The position numbers and the translations under genes are program-made. From NCBI GenBank assembly GCA_003290465.1, contig CP030759.1, positions 2,180,572-2,244,571 on the forward strand: DNA of 64,000 bases, given 5' to 3'. The DNA is from Candidatus Sumerlaea chitinivorans. Lineage in GTDB: Bacteria; Sumerlaeota; Sumerlaeia; Sumerlaeales; Sumerlaeaceae. The notes below the pieces were generated by a model that saw only the letters and a program-made list of their open reading frames with translations, was not told where the DNA came from and searched no databases. This document shows positions 59,218 to 64,000 of the stretch, piece after piece. Each line of letters opens with the position of its first letter. Position 1 is the stretch's first letter.

Positions 59218-61470
59218 TTATGCCGGATAGTCGAGAGCTTCGGGAATCATGACCTGCGTCACTGCCTCAGCGGCCCGTTCCTTGGCAAGGCGGCACCCCG
59301 TGAGACACCCATCGAGCTTGATGCGCATGCGTTCAAATTGCTCCAGCCCGTCGAAGCGCACGCAGGGCCCCGCTTTGCACGGACGCACCGCCTCATCCAA
59401 AATTGCGTGCTCTTCCTCAGCCCCGCTTTCCAAGCCGGGGATCACACCCTCGAGGTCCTCGAGTTCCGCCTCGTGGTAGCAGCCGCACTCGATGTTTTCA
59501 TCGTCCCACGCAGGATGGCGGTTGTAGCCATGCACAAGCTCGGCACAGATGCGCGCACATTCGCCTGCAGCGCGTGCTGCCTGAACGTGGCACAGATCCG
59601 TGAAGAAGTTCACGTAGCCGGCAAGTCCCTCGGCCAAGGTCGGGCACTCCGGCCCCTTGGCTTCGAGCTCGAGCACGTCAAGGATTTGCTGGCGCGAGGC
59701 CAGCAGCCACGCCAAGGCGTCCGCAAGCGGGAAGGTCACTCCCTGACGCGCGCTCTGATACAAAACGTTGCCATTCGCATCGCGCGCCTGCGTCAGGTGC
59801 TGCAATGTCCACAGCCACATCGTCATCGCTGTCGCCAGCGTGCACGCACCCGTTCCGGGCCGACGCGCCGCAATTTCACGCATCTGGCGAGTCCACAGCT
59901 TGAACAGTGCAAGGAACACCGGCGAGGTCATCGTCACGGACAGTTGCCGCCGCTGGACCGCTTCCGGTCCCTCGTAGGTCGCCTCCAACTGGGCATCCAT
60001 CCACTTCTGGCCAAGGAAACCCGGGCAATCCTCAGTGATGCCGTAACCACCCATTAGGCTCACGGCATCGCGCATGGCATTGGCGCCAAACCCACACCAC
60101 AATTTGGAAGCTGGGCACAGGACGTTTGTCTCGGCGTCGAGCAACACGTATTGCACGAGCGGGTCATTCTTGAGCTCTTCGTAGCGCGCCGCATTGCGCT
60201 TTTCTGCCGGCAAAGCTTCCATTTCGATGAGTTCCAGCGCCTTCTTCTCGACCTCGCGCAAGGCTTTCATCTCCGCGCGTCCGCCGCGAATCCCGCGCGC
60301 CGCAAGCAGTTCGTTCTTTTGGCGCTCGAGTGGATCAAAAACGTCAAAAGCCCGCGCAGCCGCAAAGCCCAAACTGGTGGCCGCCTCGCCCATCGCCCAC
60401 ACGTCCACGAGGCGATGCACCGCGTCCTCCTTACCCTGCAGACCCAAATCATAGCGGGGTGAGCCGGGGCCAACATTGCCGCCGCGGAAGCGCTGCCGCT
60501 GGTACCGGATAATCGGCTCCACCGCCGACAGTAGCTTGGCCGCCGTCATCACCGCCACCGTCACACGCGTGCGCCGAAATACCGCTTCAATGATCTCGCT
60601 GTGATTGTAGCGCGGCACAATCACGCCATCCTTGATGTCGTATCCACCGATGATGCGGCTTGCCGGCACCTGCACGCTAATCACGGGATCGTTCGTGGAC
60701 GACAGTTGATGCACGAGCTTCTTGGTGGGCGTACCGCGGTCAAAAATGCCGGGGTCGGTTTCCTCGATGATCACCATACAGGAGGACTTGATCCGCGGGT
60801 CTGCCGTCTCCACCGCCGCCGTCACATAATTTGCGTAGCCCATATTCGTGATAAAGCGGCCGCGTTTTTCCACCTGAAGGATCGGCTCTTGGCCTTCTTC
60901 CCACTTTGCAATGCTGACGCGACCCGCCAACACCCCTGTGTCCACTCCGACAAACGGGATTGGCTCCGTGAGAGCGAAGGCCCCGCGCATGGGCTTGCGA
61001 TCCTCGCCGGGTTGCGCCGGCGCCATCGCACGCTGATAGTGGGCGTTTTGCTCAGGCGTTCCGCGCTCGTGGATGGGCGCCAAAGCCAGATTGCTGGCGA
61101 GGCTGCAGGTTGCTGCGCCCGCGTCCACCCACGCGAGCTCGAAAGCGATGAGCGCTGTGGCTAAGTTCTTTGGCCCTTCGATGAACCCTCCGTACTCCGG
61201 CTCGAGGAACGCAGCGGTAATGCCAGACTCGTCAAAGTGCCGCAAGAGTTCCTCTTTTTCGCGCGTCCAATCATGGGTGTTGCGCCCACCGGCCGCCACA
61301 AGGCGCGCTACTGGCCCACGCGCAACGGCGCGGGTGGATTGCACGAGCATTTGCAAGTCATAGCGGTCGGCAAAGCGCCACATGATTTGGCGCACATCGT
61401 CGCCCGGCAGGGTGCGAAGCGTCTCTCGCGTCTGTTTCTCAGGTTGCTCAACAGGTTGCGTCATGGCCAA
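59218..61470 (-). CDS. Long acyl-CoA dehydrogenase family protein
   Basis: FALTEP, RFITN, YQRQR, ASKLW, AVSLMGGYG, TYEGPEAVQR (catalytic Glu). Start is 61464 or 61470. Confidence 0.88.
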   Translation of the reverse strand: MAMTQPVEQPEKQTRETLRTLPGDDVRQIMWRFADRYDLQMLVQSTRAVARGPVARLVAAGGRNTHDWTREKEELLRHFDESGITAAFLEPEYGGFIEGPKNLATALIAFELAWVDAGAATCSLASNLALAPIHERGTPEQNAHYQRAMAPAQPGEDRKPMRGAFALTEPIPFVGVDTGVLAGRVSIAKWEEGQEPILQVEKRGRFITNMGYANYVTAAVETADPRIKSSCMVIIEETDPGIFDRGTPTKKLVHQLSSTNDPVISVQVPASRIIGGYDIKDGVIVPRYNHSEIIEAVFRRTRVTVAVMTAAKLLSAVEPIIRYQRQRFRGGNVGPGSPRYDLGLQGKEDAVHRLVDVWAMGEAATSLGFAAARAFDVFDPLERQKNELLAARGIRGGRAEMKALREVEKKALELIEMEALPAEKRNAARYEELKNDPLVQYVLLDAETNVLCPASKLWCGFGANAMRDAVSLMGGYGITEDCPGFLGQKWMDAQLEATYEGPEAVQRRQLSVTMTSPVFLALFKLWTRQMREIAARRPGTGACTLATAMTMWLWTLQHLTQARDANGNVLYQSARQGVTFPLADALAWLLASRQQILDVLELEAKGPECPTLAEGLAGYVNFFTDLCHVQAARAAGECARICAELVHGYNRHPAWDDENIECGCYHEAELEDLEGVIPGLESGAEEEHAILDEAVRPCKAGPCVRFDGLEQFERMRIKLDGCLTGCRLAKERAAEAVTQVMIPEALDYPA

Positions 61471-61771
61471 ACGTCCTTCAGCAGAAAATTGCGGAGGGGA
61501 GGCGCAATGAGCCTACCTCCTCAAGCATTGCTTCTGAGTTCCGTCGGCCAAAAAAAACAGGTGTCAATGCTGAACAAAATCGGACCAGAACCGGCCAAAT
61601 CCCGACCGTTGGAGGCTTGGGACGTTCAGAGCAAATGGACTCGGGGTGCTGCGAATCGCCTTTCGTGCGCTACCGCCAAAGGCCACGCTCCCGTGCTGAC
61701 TTACCAAGTGGGAAGCATCACTCAGGCGGGACTGCGCTGCAGGCGAGCCATGTCCCCCACTGAGGCTCGGA

Positions 61772-62365
61772 CTATTTTCGGCTTCCCGGCTTTACGACAG
61801 GCTCCCCTTTTGCGCACAGCGGGCACTCGTGCGGAGGCCACGTGATCGCTTCTGTCCTCAGGTAGGCAGCCACGGGTTCGGGGGGAGCGAAGCGCCCACC
61901 CGAGCGATCCACAATGACCGCGTAGCCCACGACGTCGGCGCCGGCGGCGCGGGCCAGCTCAGCCACCTCCAGCACACTGCCGCCGGTGGTAATCACGTTT
62001 TCAGCGATAAGCACGCGCTCCCCCTCTTCGAGCCGGAAGCCCCGCCGAAGTTCGAAACGGCCCTCCGGACGCTCCGCAAAGATGTTCCGCACGCCAAGCT
62101 GGCGCGCGAGCTCATAGCCAATGAGGATGCCGCCCAACGCGGGGCTCAGGACCGTGTGCGCTCCCCACACGCGAACCGCCTCCGCCATCGCCTCAGCAAT
62201 TTGCTCACCCACACGCGGCAGCTCCAGCAACCGCGCGCACTGGAAATACTCAGGGCTGTGGAGTCCCGAGCTCAGGAGAAAATGGCCCGACATCAAGGCG
62301 CCGCACTCACGCAACAAGCGCAGCGCTTTCTCCACTGGCACGACTTCTATGCGTTTTCGGTTCAC
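61772..62365 (-). CDS. pyrE: Orotate phosphoribosyltransferase
   Basis: GHFLLSSGLHS..Y.QC, PALGGI, FAER, ENVITTGGS, VDRS, KPGSR. Confidence 0.93.
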   Translation of the reverse strand: MNRKRIEVVPVEKALRLLRECGALMSGHFLLSSGLHSPEYFQCARLLELPRVGEQIAEAMAEAVRVWGAHTVLSPALGGILIGYELARQLGVRNIFAERPEGRFELRRGFRLEEGERVLIAENVITTGGSVLEVAELARAAGADVVGYAVIVDRSGGRFAPPEPVAAYLRTEAITWPPHECPLCAKGEPVVKPGSRK

Positions 62366-62446
62366 GCTTTCCTTCCTATAATTGCCAAAATGGCTGAGGG
62401 CGCCGCAACCGCTGACACATGCGACTCCCAGTTGGTTCGCCGCACC

Positions 62447-63859
62447 CTAAAAGTGGATCACCCGTCCCTCGGCCGCGAGGGCCGCCTCTTTCACGGCCTC
62501 GGGTAGTGTCGGATGCGCGTGGCACGTGCGAGCAAGATCCTCTGCCGTGCCGCCGAACTCCATCGCCACGACAGCCTCCGCGATGAGATCGGAAGCGCGC
62601 GGCCCAAAGATGTGCACACCCAATAAGCGTCCTCGCGGACCTGCAATCACCTTCACAAAGCCGTCGCGCTCGCCCATCGCCTTCGCCCGGCCGTTTGCCG
62701 CGAAGGGGAACTTTCCCACCCGCACTTCGTCGCCATAGCGCTCGCGCGCCTGTTCTTCGGTCAAGCCGACGTATGCCGCCTCGGGCCACGTGTACACAAC
62801 GCCCGGGATCGCATCATAGTTCACATGTCCACCCTGCCCAGCCAAAATCTCGGCCCACGCGACGCCCTCTTCTTCGGCCTTGTGCGCCAACATCGGTCCG
62901 GCAATGAGGTCTCCAATCGCATAAATGCCCGGGGCGGTCGTGCGGTAGTGGTCGTCCACCTTCACTCGACGCCGTTCATCGAGCTCGACGCCGGCAGCCT
63001 CCAGCCCCAACCCGTCGGTGTACGGACGCCGCCCTACGGACACCAGTACCTTCGAGCACGCGATGCTTTCGCGTGTGCCATCCGATTTCTCGATCTCGAC
63101 CACCGCGCCGCCCTCCACCGCGCTTGCGCTGAGAACTTTCGCGCCCATCTCGAAACGAAAACCGAGTCGCTGCAGGGAGCGAAAGAGCGCATCGCCGACT
63201 TCGCGATCCATCATCGGGACGATCTGTGGCAGCATCTCCACCACTGTCACCTTGGCCCCCAAGCGCCGCCACACGCTGCCCAGCTCAAGGCCAATGAAGC
63301 CGGCGCCGACCACCACGAGGTGCTCAGGAACTTCCTCAAAGCTCAATGCCTCGGTTGAGCTCACAATCACCGAGCCGTCAAATGGCGCCGTCGGGATCTC
63401 GATCGGCACGCTGCCGGTCGCCAGCAGAATGGCCTTCGCCGCGGTCAGCTCTTGCTCGCTGCCATCCGTGGAACGAACTCCCACGCGCATCCCGCCTAAC
63501 AGCCGCCCCACGCCACGCACCACCGTGACGCCATTCTTCTTCATCAGGCCGGCAATTCCGCGCGTGAGCTCCTCGACGACTTTGGCCTTGCGCGCCATCA
63601 TGGTGGGCAAATTGAGCCGGACCTCCCCCACTTCGATGCCGTGACTCTTCAGCGATTCCTTCGCATGCCAGAACCACTCGCTTGAATCGAGAAGCGCCTT
63701 GCTCGGGATGCAGCCCACGTTCAGACACGTGCCGCCGAGGGTCGTCTCTTTCTCGATCAATGCCACGCGGAATCCAAGTTGGGCTGCGCGAATTGCAGCC
63801 ACGTAACCGCCCGGGCCCGCACCGATAACAATGACGTCGAAGGGGGTTGTCTCGCTCAT
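62447..63859 (-). CDS. lpdA: Dihydrolipoyl dehydrogenase
   Basis: GAGPGGYVAA, GGTCLNVGCIPSK, GAGFIGLE, MLAHKAEEEG, HAHPTLPE. Confidence 0.96.
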   Translation of the reverse strand: MSETTPFDVIVIGAGPGGYVAAIRAAQLGFRVALIEKETTLGGTCLNVGCIPSKALLDSSEWFWHAKESLKSHGIEVGEVRLNLPTMMARKAKVVEELTRGIAGLMKKNGVTVVRGVGRLLGGMRVGVRSTDGSEQELTAAKAILLATGSVPIEIPTAPFDGSVIVSSTEALSFEEVPEHLVVVGAGFIGLELGSVWRRLGAKVTVVEMLPQIVPMMDREVGDALFRSLQRLGFRFEMGAKVLSASAVEGGAVVEIEKSDGTRESIACSKVLVSVGRRPYTDGLGLEAAGVELDERRRVKVDDHYRTTAPGIYAIGDLIAGPMLAHKAEEEGVAWAEILAGQGGHVNYDAIPGVVYTWPEAAYVGLTEEQARERYGDEVRVGKFPFAANGRAKAMGERDGFVKVIAGPRGRLLGVHIFGPRASDLIAEAVVAMEFGGTAEDLARTCHAHPTLPEAVKEAALAAEGRVIHF

Positions 63860-64000
63860 AGTCGCCTCATCCGAAAAAACATCAAAATCCTTCTTTGGTT
63901 ACTCAGTTTCTCTTGAACACGGAAAGTCAGAGCCCAGCCCCGTGGCAAGAAAACTCTTCATTTGGAATCGGGTGAACTTTCCATGGGGATTTTTGAATGG

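Noticed and set aside
1..64000. CRISPR array, tRNA, rRNA, IS elements
   Set aside because: No regularly spaced repeats, cloverleaf signatures or transposase motifs found by eye; intergenic hairpins share no common sequence. A short ncRNA could have been missed.

Overview
GC-rich (roughly 60%, by eye) bacterial chromosomal window with about 45 credible CDS and no rRNA, tRNA, CRISPR array or IS element that I can see. The gene style suggests a diderm, possibly Sumerlaeota/BRC1-like organism (impression, unverified). It contains the start of a bidirectional NiFe-hydrogenase operon (hoxE-hoxF-hoxU, running off the left edge), housekeeping genes (gpmA, trxB, lysA, murE, fba, pyrE, lpdA), a PilB/GspE ATPase, Opp-type permeases, an acyl-CoA dehydrogenase plus ETF-QO/FixCX-like pair, and a dense set of glycosylation genes (four GT-C-type membrane transferases including a TMTC-like one, GT2/GT4, a flippase-like protein, UDP-GlcA decarboxylase and GDP-mannose dehydrogenase). 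Main leads: (1) a D-x-x-T-[T/S] motif recurring in the exported proteins, a candidate new glycosylation sequon that fits the GT-C arsenal; (2) an intact orphan phage terminase large subunit and, 12 kb away, an orphan endolysin plus holin-like pair, both among housekeeping genes, suggesting a dispersed or domesticated phage-derived system such as a gene transfer agent; (3) a split CbiX/SirB chelatase pair, a type IIG restriction-modification-like protein lacking catalytic motifs, and a possible C-terminal sorting tag.
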